Positions 1 through 11,148 of a stretch of DNA of 64,000 nt are shown piece after piece; position 1 is the stretch's first letter; every line of letters begins with the position of its first letter. The position numbers and the translations under genes were made by a program. This DNA is from Octopus sinensis (taxonomy: Eukaryota). The notes below the pieces were generated by a model. The model had not been told where the DNA came from. It saw nothing but the letters and a program-made list of their open reading frames with translations, and made no database searches. Where the stretch lies: NCBI RefSeq assembly GCF_006345805.1, contig NW_021835996.1, positions 62,001-126,000 on the forward strand. Direction: 5' to 3'.

Positions 1-136
1 AGACGGAACTGTCATTAATCGACCAAGATCAAGTAATATATTTGCTATTTCCAGGTAGGGTTTTCCAACTTAAAAATAAGCAGGGTATCATATTAAAATT
101 ATAAAATTTAATTATTCGTTCTATTCAAATATAACT

Positions 137-1079
137 TTAAAGTGAAAAAAGAAGCAATTCTAAGTAAGACACACAAATGCAGCGAACTGCAAAATTCCTA
201 TAGAACTCAATATCCAGAGCACCCATATTATCCAAAACATTGTGACCAGTGAAAAACATACATCTCTGAGGATTAGCACACTGTAGTTTCCCCCGATCGA
301 ATTCATACGATGTCTGAATTCCTCCCAAAAATACATGATAATAGAAAAGTATAAAAACCACCGTAAATAAGAAGGAATTGAATTAACTGGGATAAAATAT
401 CCAGAAAAAAGAAGCATAGGTGTAGTCATAACAGGGGCTAAGAACACTCCAGTCTAAGTAATAAACCCACATAAACATACTTCCATAGAACAGCTAGTTC
501 CAATCAGCAGACCCAACGACTGCGAGACCAATCCAGTTAGAATACAAATAGTAAGATATAATATAAATCGAAATCCATCACTCGACTGTGCAGTCATCCA
601 GTATATAATCGTCCCGTACATCACAAAAAGAATGATCTAAATATACCACCACATTCCACCTGTAGAGGAATATCTGCAAATGTCTTGGCCATATAACAAG
701 AGAATAGTGGATACCACGAATTCAACTGTTCTCTCAATAATACTTCTCTTTCACTGGGACTATTATACTAATTAAGATTGTTACAAGATAAAACAGTCGG
801 CATTAGGGAGAGATCCATTATAAACATGATTGAAATGAACTTTAAGGAAGAATTCATTAAAGTTGAGTCATTCTTAGTTCCCACATTTAAATAAAGCAGT
901 CCAACAACTATGGCCAACCCCAAATGTGATATCAATCGAAGACAATGCCTGAAATACTTTTTGAGTAAATATAAACCAACCGAGTCTTGAAAAAAACATT
1001 TGGTTGTTCTGATTAGAAAGATATAAAACTGATATATAAAAGATGTAGGAAAATGTTGCATTTTCTCTAATATTATCAA
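137..1079 (-). pseudogene. ABCG/white-type transporter, transmembrane (C-terminal) half only, tiny introns, frameshift in last exon
   Basis: Spliced translation gives ABC2-membrane motifs (PSEREVLLREQLNSWY, KTFADIPLQ, LLFSGYFIPVNSIPSYLRW). No ATPase half is present upstream before the PGM3 copy begins, and the last exon switches frame. Confidence 0.7.
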
Positions 1080-1102
1080 ATTATATAACTTTTGACCGCA
1101 TT

Positions 1103-1246
1103 TTTGAATTGCCTGAAGCTTGACTGTTACTAAAAACAGAGCGACGTTGAGCAGCTAAATATAAACAAAGTACAGTCTAACCCCGGCTGGGGCATCAAAG
1201 TGCCCCGAAAGCGGCGGTGCCCTTTCAAACAGGGGCCTGGTTCAAA
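1103..1246. ncRNA. unidentified GC-rich structured element (candidate ncRNA)
   Basis: Terminal pairing 1103-1110/1239-1246, stem 1122-1127/1172-1177, hairpin GGGGCAT-caaa-GTGCCCC 1189-1206 and a further GCCC/GGGC hairpin. No family recognised. Confidence 0.25.
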
Positions 1247-1285
1247 CTATTGAATTATTTGAATAATATTAAAAAAATTCAAAAT

Positions 1286-2720
1286 ATGGATTTTCGAAGT
1301 GGTTATTTGAGAGGAATAAGCAAATATAAAAATACCATCGTAGAACCTAAATGGGATTATGGTACAGCCGGTTATCGGGGATGCGCCGATACATTGAAAC
1401 TACTTTTTTTCAAAGTTGGATTGTTTGCCTCTGTTCGGTCTATCTCTCTTAAATCAAATATCCGCTTAATGATTACAGCATTCCACAACCCTCCAGAAGA
1501 TAATGGAATAAAAATAGTAGACCCAGGTGGAGGAATGATGGTTCAAGAAGATGAAGAATTTTGTAATGAATTTGTTAACTCGAATGACCAACAATTATTA
1601 TCATCACTGCTTGATATACTAAAAACGAAAAATAAAACAAAAACTAATATTATAATCGGATACGACAGCCGAGGCTCCTCTCTTGAACCTTTATTATGTT
1701 TAATGGATGGAATTGATCTTTTTGTTGATTATATCGTTCCCATCAATATTGGACTCACCACAACTCCATGTCTGTATTTTTCCGTGTTTTATAACAACGA
1801 AAAATGTTGGAATCCTGAAAATTCAATCGAAATTTATTTAACTCGGCTTATCGGAGGCTATAAAAAAGCTACAGATCTTATAAATAAAGACTTTTTCAAA
1901 TCTTCCATCCTTATGTGCCAATGGAGTTGCTTCCGTCGTTCTCAGTGAAAGTTCCATAAAATCCACAATTTTTGATTATAAATTGAATAATGCAGCAATT
2001 AATGACAATCATTTACTCAACTGATTATGTAAAAACAAAAAAATGTAAACCAGTCGGTTTTGATGAACTAAAATTTGAAAAGTGCATATCTTTTGACGGG
2101 GATGCAGATAGGATAATCTATTTTTACCAAAATGCTAAAAATGGTTTCACTATTTTAGACGGAGATCGGATTCTGTGTCTTTTTGTTAAATTTTTTAAAC
2201 ATCTCATCACAATCTGTCATCTTAAAGTGAATAAATGAATAATGTTTCAGGACATTTTTCTTAAAGCAGTACAAACAGCTTAAGCCAATGGAGCCTCGTC
2301 TAAATACATCAGGAATGTTTTGGATGTTGATGTGTTATTTGTACCCACTGGAGTCAAGCATCTTGTTAAAAAAGCAAAAGAATTGAATCTTGGTGTCTAT
2401 TTTGAAGCAAACGGGCATGGGTCTGTTTATTTTTCTGAAAAATTGTGCAGAACATTAGAAAGTAATGTTGATTCTAGTTCTGTGGTGATAAAATTTAGTT
2501 TTGTTATTTTAATTTAGAAAGAAAAAATATGGGCGGCAAAATTTTTATTGGCTTCAAATGAAATAATAAATCCTGCAATAGGCGATGCCATTTCTGCCAT
2601 GTTATTAGTCGAAGTAATATAGTGTTATTATCAATGGAGTCTGGATGACTGGACTTGCCAATATCAGGAATTTCCATTAGTATAATTCATAAATAATTAC
2701 TTAAAGCTGAAAGAGTAAAC
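1286..2720 (+). pseudogene. PGM3: phosphoacetylglucosamine mutase (PGM3/AGM1) pseudogene
   Basis: Motifs YGTAGYR, SFDGDADR, TGVKHL, GVYFEANGHG and GDAIS. The catalytic ITASHNP reads ITAFHNP, VQTAYANG contains TAA (2281-2283), a later TAG is in frame, and there is a frameshift at the CANG motif. Short introns are retained. Confidence 0.85.
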
Positions 2721-2793
2721 CCTAAGGAGCAAGTGAATGATTTCTATTATTTAAATTAGAGAAAATTAATAATAGAAGGAGGTGAATTTTATT

Positions 2794-2865
2794 GGCTCGG
2801 TGGTCTAGTGGTATGATTCTCTCTTAGGGTGGGAGAGGTCCCGGGTTCAATTCCCGGCCGAGCCC
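2794..2865 (+). tRNA. trnP-AGG: tRNA-Pro (anticodon AGG)
   Basis: 72 nt GGCTCGG...CCGAGCCC cloverleaf with anticodon loop TTAGGGT and T-loop GGTTCAATTCC, very close to the eukaryotic tRNA-Pro consensus. Confidence 0.97.
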
Positions 2866-2877
2866 TTTTTGTTTTTT
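2866..2877 (+). terminator. Pol III oligo-T terminator
   Basis: TTTTTgTTTTTT immediately after the tRNA. Confidence 0.8.
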
Positions 2878-3174
2878 GCATAAATGAATAAATTTATTTA
2901 TTTGTCTATAAATCTCTTAAATTTTAGCTATCTGTGCTACAACTGTTTCATCATTCTTAAAATTGAATCAAACAATACAAATTGATAATAAATTAAAAAT
3001 TTTTTTAAATCGAGAATGTTTCATAATCAAAATATCTAACGTCAGGAAGTGAGCGGCCTAGCTCGATCTGCGAGCGCGACGGGGCAGGAGTTATAGCCCA
3101 GCCGAACGGATTGCTTGCGCGTTGCCACGCACGATTGCGAGCGAGATTTTTTAAATTAGTATTTTTTTGCTGGT

Positions 3175-3194
3175 CAATCCGTTGTGTTGTTGTT

Positions 3195-3228
<34 letters not shown>

Positions 3229-4660
3229 CACATATTATATGTAATTAACAAATAGTTATTAACTAACTAAATTCCCGTTGTTGCTCTTGTTCTTCATTCT
3301 TATATTCTTGCTTACCTATGAACCCATCCCATATCCAATCGTTTCCAACATTCTAATGTCTTATTTGCTTAACCAATAACACTCGCAAGAAGGCGAGGAA
3401 GTGCTTTAACTGCCAGAGAGATGTCCACCTATTTTGTGCCGGCTTAACTAAGTTATCATCTGTAGTCCTCGCAATCTGGAAATGTCCGACGTGTTTCAGT
3501 GTTTGTCCCCTGAAGCCAGTACCCTTCAAAATCCTCCACTTCCGTCTTCCCTGGCTGTTTGTGATATCCCCTTCGAGGATGTGTTATCCACTGTTGTTGG
3601 TCTGCGCCGCGCACGGAAGATATGCATAAAAATTCCGAAAGCAGCCAGGATTCCCGTCGCCGACTCGCTCACTAAGTCCATTGTAAACGCCTTTGATTCT
3701 GACCAGCTTGGTTGAAATTATTTTGCTTTGGTTCCATGGAATTGGCACACCCTACAGGGAACCTAATTCGAAGCAGCTGACTTCGCAATTAAAGGAAAAT
3801 CTGACCCTCTTTGACCAAAACCCATACACGGTTCTTTCCATCCCCTCTCGTTGTACTTGAGCCCCCTTCAAGGAATAAACCTGAACGTACTAACCTTCGT
3901 AATAAAGTCCACGCCAAGCTTATGGAAAATGATGTTAAAGCAGCTTTCTGCCTTGTGGCTTCCGCTAACATTGTTCTATTTCCGCCGGAAGAGCTTCTCG
4001 AGTCACTCAAACTAAAACACCCGCCTGCCCCCATCGACCTCCGTACTTTGCCAGTCCTCTCTGGAAACCCTACACATTCGTTTACACCCTCGGAGAGCTT
4101 AAGCTGCATCGCGAGTTTCCCTCTTAGCAGCAGTGGTGGCGTGGATGGTTTTCGTCTGACGTCCCCGGTTACAGGCAAGGCAAGAACCCGCCTGTTGAAG
4201 GCAATCACTGGCTTTTCAATCGGTTTTTCTCTGGCAACATTATCCTGTATCAACGTGACTTATTCTTCTCTGTCAATCTCACTGCCTTGAGGAAGACTGA
4301 TGGAGTAGTTCGCCTCATCGATGTTGGAAATGTCTTCAGGAGGCTGGCTGCTAAGCTTGCCTGCAGGCTCGTCTCTTCTGATCTTGAGGCATTTTTCGAG
4401 CCTGTTCAACTCGGAGTTGCTGTCAAGAATGGATGTGAGGCTGCGCCCACGCCATGAGATCTTATATCGCCAATGCGTCAGCCGACAGAGCCTTTCTCAA
4501 ACTCGATATTAAAAACGCATTCAACTGCTTCCATCGGGATCACTTCCTTTTAGTTTGCCACAACCATTTCCCTATTTTGTACCCCCTGCCGCTCTCGTCC
4601 TATGGAAAACCCAGCTCTCTAATATTCGGATCAAATATTATCCCCTTATGTACGGAAACC
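3175..4660 (+). mobile_element. degenerate CRE-clade non-LTR retrotransposon, 5' half (PHD finger + RT N-terminus)
   Basis: Colinear with the intact 997-aa ORF: CFNC...HLFC...WKCPTC, IKIPKAARIPVADSL, LKLKHP, SSSGGVDG, KLDIKNAFNC. Many stops and frameshifts. The GTTGTGTTGTTG start resembles that of the intact copy. Confidence 0.85.
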
Positions 4661-4883
4661 TTACCGGAAAATTTAATTTAATGTTTTTAATAAATTTAAT
4701 TCAATTTGTCGACTCTAACTCTATGCAAAAAAAATCATTAAAAGCGAAGGATGGATAGGTCGAGACTTTTTTTCATAATTTTTGATAAATAGAAAACCAA
4801 TCTTAACCGTTATAATAAGTTAAGCAACTAATTTATACAGTTTTAATAAATAAGAAACGTGCAATTAAATCAACAACAAATAA

Positions 4884-5273
4884 TCACGTAGACTGTCTCT
4901 TCATGAGTTGATAGGTCTGTTGTTTAATCCAGTTTTTGTTATGTGGGGAATAAACACCAGTCGAGCAGTCAAAACTATCCAATTATTAAAATGATCACAG
5001 ACACAAGACACGAAATTCGAGTGAAGGAGTCAATAAATTGGAAGAGGTCTTGCAAAGAATATTCCATTGATGTCGAGGTTGTGTCTTTGGCCTTTAAATG
5101 TTCCTCAAAAATTCGACAAATGTCTTTGTTTTTATAATAATTTGGAATACTTTCGAGACATTTGTTCTCATTTTCAAACTCAGAGAATATTCTAGTCTCT
5201 ATATTTCTGGTCGTTTGCAGTAGGAGTATGGTATGATTTTGTGCCTATTTATTATTTATAAAAATTACACCAT
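4884..5273 (-). CDS. ERH: enhancer of rudimentary homolog (4 exons; not in ORF track)
   Basis: Removing introns 5245-5270, 5124-5150 and 4975-5002 gives MAQNHTILLLQTTRNIETRIFSEFENENKCLENICRIFEEHLK...LFQFIDSFTRISCLVFDCSTGVYSPHNKNWIKQQTYQLMKRQST*, which is colinear with ERH. Confidence 0.93.
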
Positions 5274-5614
5274 TACGGAAAATACCACAACAAAACTAAG
5301 AGTCAATACGACTATTTAATATGAATTTAATTAAGTATCTAATAATATTACTTGTTATTATTTATTTGATCTGATTATAATGGGATTGATTTTGATTTGA
5401 TTTGAATACACATCAATCTTTTTGATGATACCTTCACATACTTTTGAGAAGGCAAAGTATCACAGTAGAAAGGGGACTTCTACCTCCCTTGATTACATTA
5501 CCAATGAAAAAATCTTCATTATGTAAAACCCTTCCGGAAACAAATGACGTGCGGTAAGCGACGTTAGGACGCTGATAAATTCTCTTGTTTTTCGATGTAA
5601 AAAGTGTTAAAAGA

Positions 5615-6050
5615 TTAATCGATGGGAGGGCTAGCGGCCTGACGGATCGCCAAACTGTTCCTCCGGATAACGGCAATCGAGAACCTTTGGAAAAGCCAGT
5701 CCACCTCCGGCGGATCGTGAGTGCGCATGGAGATTTTGGCTCCGAGCTTAAGGAGGAATTTTTTCGTCTTTGGACCAAGAGCACCCAACGTCTCCACCGC
5801 TATCGGCATCACAAAAAACTCATTTGAAAGAGCGGAATATTTTGTCAGCTTTAAATCTTCAGTTTTTTTAGCAGCAGATTTAACCTCCAGAGCACAAAAA
5901 GTTATATGTGAAGCAGAAAATGTATCCCAGCAGGTTGCGTCCCAAACGAGGCCTTTTCCGCCCTCGAAAGGGAAATGGGTCGTCCCGTCAAGACGTTTCC
6001 CGTCACCGCGCTCAAGACCTGGTGGTTCGAGGACCGAAGGAAAGGAAATT
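5615..6050 (-). mobile_element. CRE retrotransposon 3' fragment (restriction-like endonuclease)
   Basis: LEPPGLERGDGKRLDG...LVWDATCWDTF...PIAVETLG...WLFQRFSIAV, homologous to the C-terminus of the intact ORF. Confidence 0.88.
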
Positions 6051-6239
6051 TCTTGAATTGTATAAGAAATGAACAATTTTCGATCCCGGAGGAAATATTT
6101 GATAGTAGAGTTTTTTTTGTAACAAACAAATATGCAAACATTTATGAGAAGTACTACATGTACCTCAGTGGTCATCTTCTGATATTCCAATAATCATTTC
6201 CAAAAATTTTTAAAAAATTAGAACGCCAATAAGCTTGAA

Positions 6240-7000
6240 AGAGAATATGGCTCAGGTGGGTCATGTGCATTCCGCTTCAGAGACGGGCAAGCAGAGTTGT
6301 ACAAGAGACCTGGACAGACACTTTCGAGCTAACCAACTGGTGGAGAAGAAGAGTTCTGTGATGACATGCCGAGACTTATATAGGAAGCACACTGTAATGG
6401 TGTGGTGATAGTTGGGAGGACTGGATTTGGGGTGTGGAGACCAGAAGTAGTAGTCCTGGTGACAAGTACAAGGCCACAGTTGTTAGTGGATGTAAGGACT
6501 TACTGATGTTGTGTGTGGAATGAAGGACTGGAGGCACTGTGGTGTGAGGAGAACGAAGGCTGATCTTGATCTTTTTTGAGTTATCTAATTCAGTTATTTT
6601 TTATGGATAGTGTTAGGCTTTTGCACGGTCTACCTCGAGAGCAAACGGTTTTTAGAAACTACGAGTCCATAATATGATTTTCAGAAGTGGCAGAATCCAT
6701 TCTCAGGATATGTCCAAGTAGTCCCCCATCGAGCATTCCTTATAGTAGTCTCCAAGCTTTCAGATTTAAAATTTAGCGTATAGCTTCTTGTTTTTGATTT
6801 CCTTCGATAGCCTATTTTCACTAAAAATTTTAGTTGTCGTCTGTAAAATACATTTAGGCTTTTAGTGCATTTTTGCTCAGACTTCAGTTGTATTTCAGTA
6901 TAAGCAGAACAGCCATGTTGACTTTAATCTTTTGAGGACAAGAATCGAGAGAATTTTTCTTTCTCTGTACATCCTCAGAAACCATTCGCCAAATACATCA
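6240..7000 (-). mobile_element. two degraded LINE 3' remnants
   Basis: Minus-strand LLARL*SG (as in 13310-13918 LARLRSGH) and IRNARWGLLGHILRM (RTE-like RT C-terminus). Confidence 0.45.
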
Positions 7001-7259
7001 GAGGTGTGAGTGAGGACTTTTCTGAACTCTTCTTTACGTCATCCACGTAGAACAGTTCTATTATTGAACTTGTCTCAGATTGTCAGTTATGATCATGATG
7101 ATGCATTTTAAATTCTAATCAAAATTTAATTTTTACGTAAAAACTTTATTATGTTTGCATCGCGGTTATTTTTAAAGGCTTTATTTTTCAAGGTATTTCT
7201 TGATAAAATTTAAAAAAAATTGACGATAAAATGAAAAAAATAATTAATAAGTGCTGGTC

Positions 7260-7690
7260 ATGCCCCTTATCACAACGAACTCACCGTTATCATACAGAGA
7301 GCCCTCAGTTCGGCTGATGTCCCGTCAATCCTCGAACTAGCTGGGCTGGATAAATAAGACGGCAAACGTCCAGAATGCCTATCCACGTTTCTATACGAGT
7401 AGGGGGAATCCCTAATTTGAGATTCTATCTGCTTAGACACATTTTCGCGCGGAAATCTCGTTCGATCTACGGTTGATCCTGAGCACGCGTCAAGGCAACC
7501 CGAGGATCGCAAAATACTCAATTACGGCCACCTTCCAAACTCGTTGTTTTTTTCTAATCGCTTCGGACTCCTTCGGCATCTTCGGCCCCAAGACGCTTCG
7601 CTTCTTTCGCTTCCTTGGTCAACAGATATCGAAACACGACTTGAGAAAGTCATTTTTGTTTTTGGAATGTCTGTCAATCGTTGTGGAGCC
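7260..7690 (+). mobile_element. CRE retrotransposon 3' fragment (RLE), degraded
   Basis: HNELTVIIHRALSSADVPSILE...DGKRPE...DSICLDTFS...DSFGIFGPKTLRF with stops. Confidence 0.75.
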
Positions 7691-8078
7691 TTAAACTCAC
7701 GGATAAATCCAAATAGTATGAGTCTTACTATTAAATGCTATAACCAAAAATTTCCTAAAAATGCTCATACTACTTCAATAAGCATACTATTTAAAGTGTT
7801 TAATTTACAATTTTCATAAGGCGGAGTTCAATAATCTCATCAAAGACTATTTGTTCAAATTTGCCCAAAGTTGTTTTTCTTCTCTTACCAGTCGAAGAAC
7901 ACGCGCGCAGGTGTCGATTTCACTGGCGTCATTTGCTGTCCAAATTGGTGCAAAGACGGGAAATGATTACTCATACTATTATATAGTATGACCAAAAATT
8001 TCTTAAATATGGTCATACTATTTTGACGGTCACACTATTTGGAATGGTCATAGTATCTGGAGTTATTTGTTAGTTTAA
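7691..8078. mobile_element. MITE-like non-autonomous DNA transposon bounded by TTAA
   Basis: Imperfect ~30-bp terminal inverted repeats (ttaaactcacggataaatccaaatagtatga versus the reverse complement ttaaactaacaaataactccagatactatga) and multiple internal CATACTA/TAGTATG motifs. Confidence 0.65.
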
Positions 8079-9239
8079 CTTTCGATTTATTAACTACTTG
8101 GTTCGAAAATAAAATTACTGAATAATTCTAGAATTATAGCAAGTTATTTGCTTATATAACTATAAAAATTATATGGAAACAATGTCTCCAAGCAATACTG
8201 ACTGCTTCTTATATTTAATTTTACTTATCAACAAGATTTAATAGTGGGTTTTGGACTTTAAATTAAGGTACCTGAAAATGTAGATTTAATTAAATTTATA
8301 AAAATTACATTGTTTTTTCTGAAGAAAACATTTTATAAATTCATTTGAGAACCAAGTCAAATTCATGCAAAATTAAAAAATCCCAAACAATCTGTAACGG
8401 CGACGACTCAGACTTGTGCACATTCCCTGTTGGATCTTCAATGGAAAGGGTTTTCTGGAGACAATGATCTTCTTAATTAGTTCGGATACTTGTTCTCTCA
8501 TTTCTTTTTTCATTTAAAAAAAAAAATCTGTAATGAAAGTTCCAGATTTGTGAGTGTTAATTCGAAAAAAATATAAAGTTAAGAAGGTTGCCACAAAAAC
8601 TGAAAAAGATACTTAAAATCATTTAATCCCAAGTCAAAAAACACGAAAAGACACTAAAATCGGGGTCTAAGAGCACAAAGTTTAACAAAAAGTGAAAGAT
8701 GCTTAATTTTAGAAAAAAAATATGAAAACTCTTTAGGCCACCATTAAATAAGAGACACATAAGGAACTCTTGAGATCAAAAGAAGGTTTTTTAAAATACC
8801 CAAATCAAAATGCAAACCAAGATGACCTACGCAGTTTGATAGAGTCCGACCTTAAATTGGACACTAAGCGTCCCAAAAACTGTTACAGCCTTGAGGTCTG
8901 TTCCAAATCAAGGTCGGACTGTACCGATATTACTATTGTAGGCCCGCGAGAAAAAGCATTTAAAATCACTAACAGATATTGAAGCATCAGGTTTTTTAAA
9001 TCTTCTAAAGATGTCCGCCAGTTCATAAATAGATAATTTCAAAATACTTACTTTGATTATAAATACCAAGAATTTAGTTTCCAATATCAAATCTAGAGAC
9101 CTAATGTTGAGGGATTAAGTTGGTGATTCTCCCTCAACGTAAATTTTCAATCTGAATGACACTGCTCGGATCAGTTTTGATAATCATTCATTTATCAATG
9201 ACTATTATATTCAACTTTTTTAATCTGTTGTCGCAGAAA

Positions 9240-9730
9240 AAAAACCTTTGCTTTCTGTATGAATCTTGGAAAAACTGGTCCTAAAACATATTCGCCCTTT
9301 CCTCCCACAATCTACATTCCAACATGGATTCAAGGAAGGATTGTCAACGACCTCCTTCCTTACCACACTAACAGATTTCATAAATGAAGGACACAAAAAG
9401 AAGAAATTGCAGGAGAAATCGATTGTATGCACTATCGACATTGAAAAAGCGTTTGACTCCGTCCCAAGGAAGATCCTAACTCAAAAGATATTTGGTACAA
9501 ATATTTCTACACGTATCAACCTGTATAAAGAAGATCAATTTTGTAAAAGTCTTCCTTTGGAACTGTGGGAGAACTTATCCGCCAGGGGTAGAGAGCCTTT
9601 ACAAGCAGTATATCGAGCCAATAATAGGCTATGCATGTGCTGCTTGGGGCTGTAACCTGGCGGCAACGAACCGGCTAAAAATCGAAAAAAATTCAAGAAA
9701 GATCTATCAACCTACTGAAGGACCATACCG
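9240..9730 (+). mobile_element. APE-type LINE reverse transcriptase remnant with internal deletion
   Basis: EKLVLKHI...QHGFKEGLSTT...IDIEKAFDSV is joined directly to LYKQYIEPIIGYACAAW. Confidence 0.8.
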
Positions 9731-10606
9731 ATAGGGAAATTGTCCATAGAACACTGGAGTCTCTCGTAGAGGCAAATGGAGGGGATCGTGGAAATGGACC
9801 ACAAACCATTCACCGTACATACAGAAAGTGTGTGGGGTCACGGTCGGAACATCGTGAAAAGATGGCTCGACTGTTGAGAAGTGTCGGAATCACCTGAAAG
9901 TGTTAGTTAATGGTTAAGACGGTGATTTTGTTTGGCTTAAATAATAATAATAATTGAGGACTAAAAAAGACTATAATTAAATGAAAGGACTACCACTGTT
10001 CAAAGGACAAAATTTCAACTTTCCATTTTTTGGAAGGACCAAATATGACTACAGTCACAAGTACATGAGTCACTGGAAAGTGACTGGGAAAACATGATTT
10101 AATCACAATACTACGAAGAAAAATCAATAAAATAAATCTTTAACGAAAACTTGGATGCATATGGGTACATTCTGTCATTAAGTTTTCAAGCCTACTGGCT
10201 TTCAATTGCAGCAAAAATTTACCGTGAATATCATGCTACAAAAAAGGAACTCGTTATGCATTATTTAAGCTAAAAGACGCCGGATTTGTTGATACTAAAC
10301 ACAAATTTGGTTTTTTTGTTGATTTGCTTTTTTTCACTTTTCTCACTTTAGGTCTCTGTTTTATACCTCCCTTCTTAACTTATGGTGTGACCCTAAGAGG
10401 TCTGTCAGTTTTGTTTGAGACGCATTCCTCCCAATTTAAGGGGGAATGGGGTTAAATAAATAAAAAACCTAACAGAATGTCGGCCATGTTTCAGATAAAG
10501 AACCCGTCTTATAAGTGAATCGTCTTATATATGAAAAAATACGGTATTGTAAACAAAATATAATTTTGAGATTGAATAATAAATATTGAGTAAATATCAT
10601 GAACTC

Positions 10607-10907
10607 TCAGAAGCATTGTGGTAGTACTCCAAATATTTTATAATCTGTGGAGAAAAAGTCGCCAAAAAATTTGTAGATTCCAGAAATTCCTGTTCTAACT
10701 CTGTTTAGAACATTTAAAAACTACATATACTAACCTGACCATTCCATTGTGTTTCCGATAACAATATTCCCTTCATTATCACCTAAGATCAGAGTGCCCA
10801 AATAATCAGAAAAGAAAATTACCGATGAATATTCTTCCATTGTTGATATAAACTTTGAGTGTTTTCCCAATTAGATATTCTATTGTTATTTTGTCATTAT
10901 CTGACAT
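10607..10907 (-). CDS. small Sm/LSm-fold protein (NAA38/SmB-like Sm1 motif), 3 exons; not in ORF track
   Basis: MSDNDKITIEYLIGKTLKVYINNGRIFI-G-TLILGDNEGNIVIGNTMEW aligns with the Sm1 motif ([20 protein letters not shown]). Head-to-head with SARS2. Confidence 0.65.
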
Positions 10908-11148
10908 TAAATATGACCCACAAAAAATAAACTCATCTTTTTAATTAATATGTTTTATTTCTATATAAATAATCAAATTTTAATCATTTTTTAATAATTT
11001 TCGAGATTGTAGATTTGACATAACCGAGTAATTAAATGAATGCTAAAAATTATGTACTTAATTAGTTTATTTATTTTATAAAGGTTAACTAACGATTTTT
11101 ATTTGCATTTATTATTTTATTGAACTTACTAAATTAATATTTTAAATA

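Noticed and set aside
1177-1215. CTAACCC as a telomerase template, or an HDV-like ribozyme core (CCGGCT-GG-stem-CGAA)
   Set aside because: The template is too short with no downstream U-rich pseudoknot, and the HDV P1/P3/L3 partners are not found upstream.
2270-2625. In-frame TAA/TAG in PGM3 suggesting stop-codon reassignment
   Set aside because: The two stops replace different residues, the gene has other lesions, and TAA/TGA terminate intact genes (RPS4, calmodulin-like, SARS2, ERH) normally.
3199-3228. 30-nt poly-T run as the tail of an antisense retrocopy
   Set aside because: It lies in the T-rich 5' UTR of the plus-strand CRE copy, and no TSD or matching body was identified.
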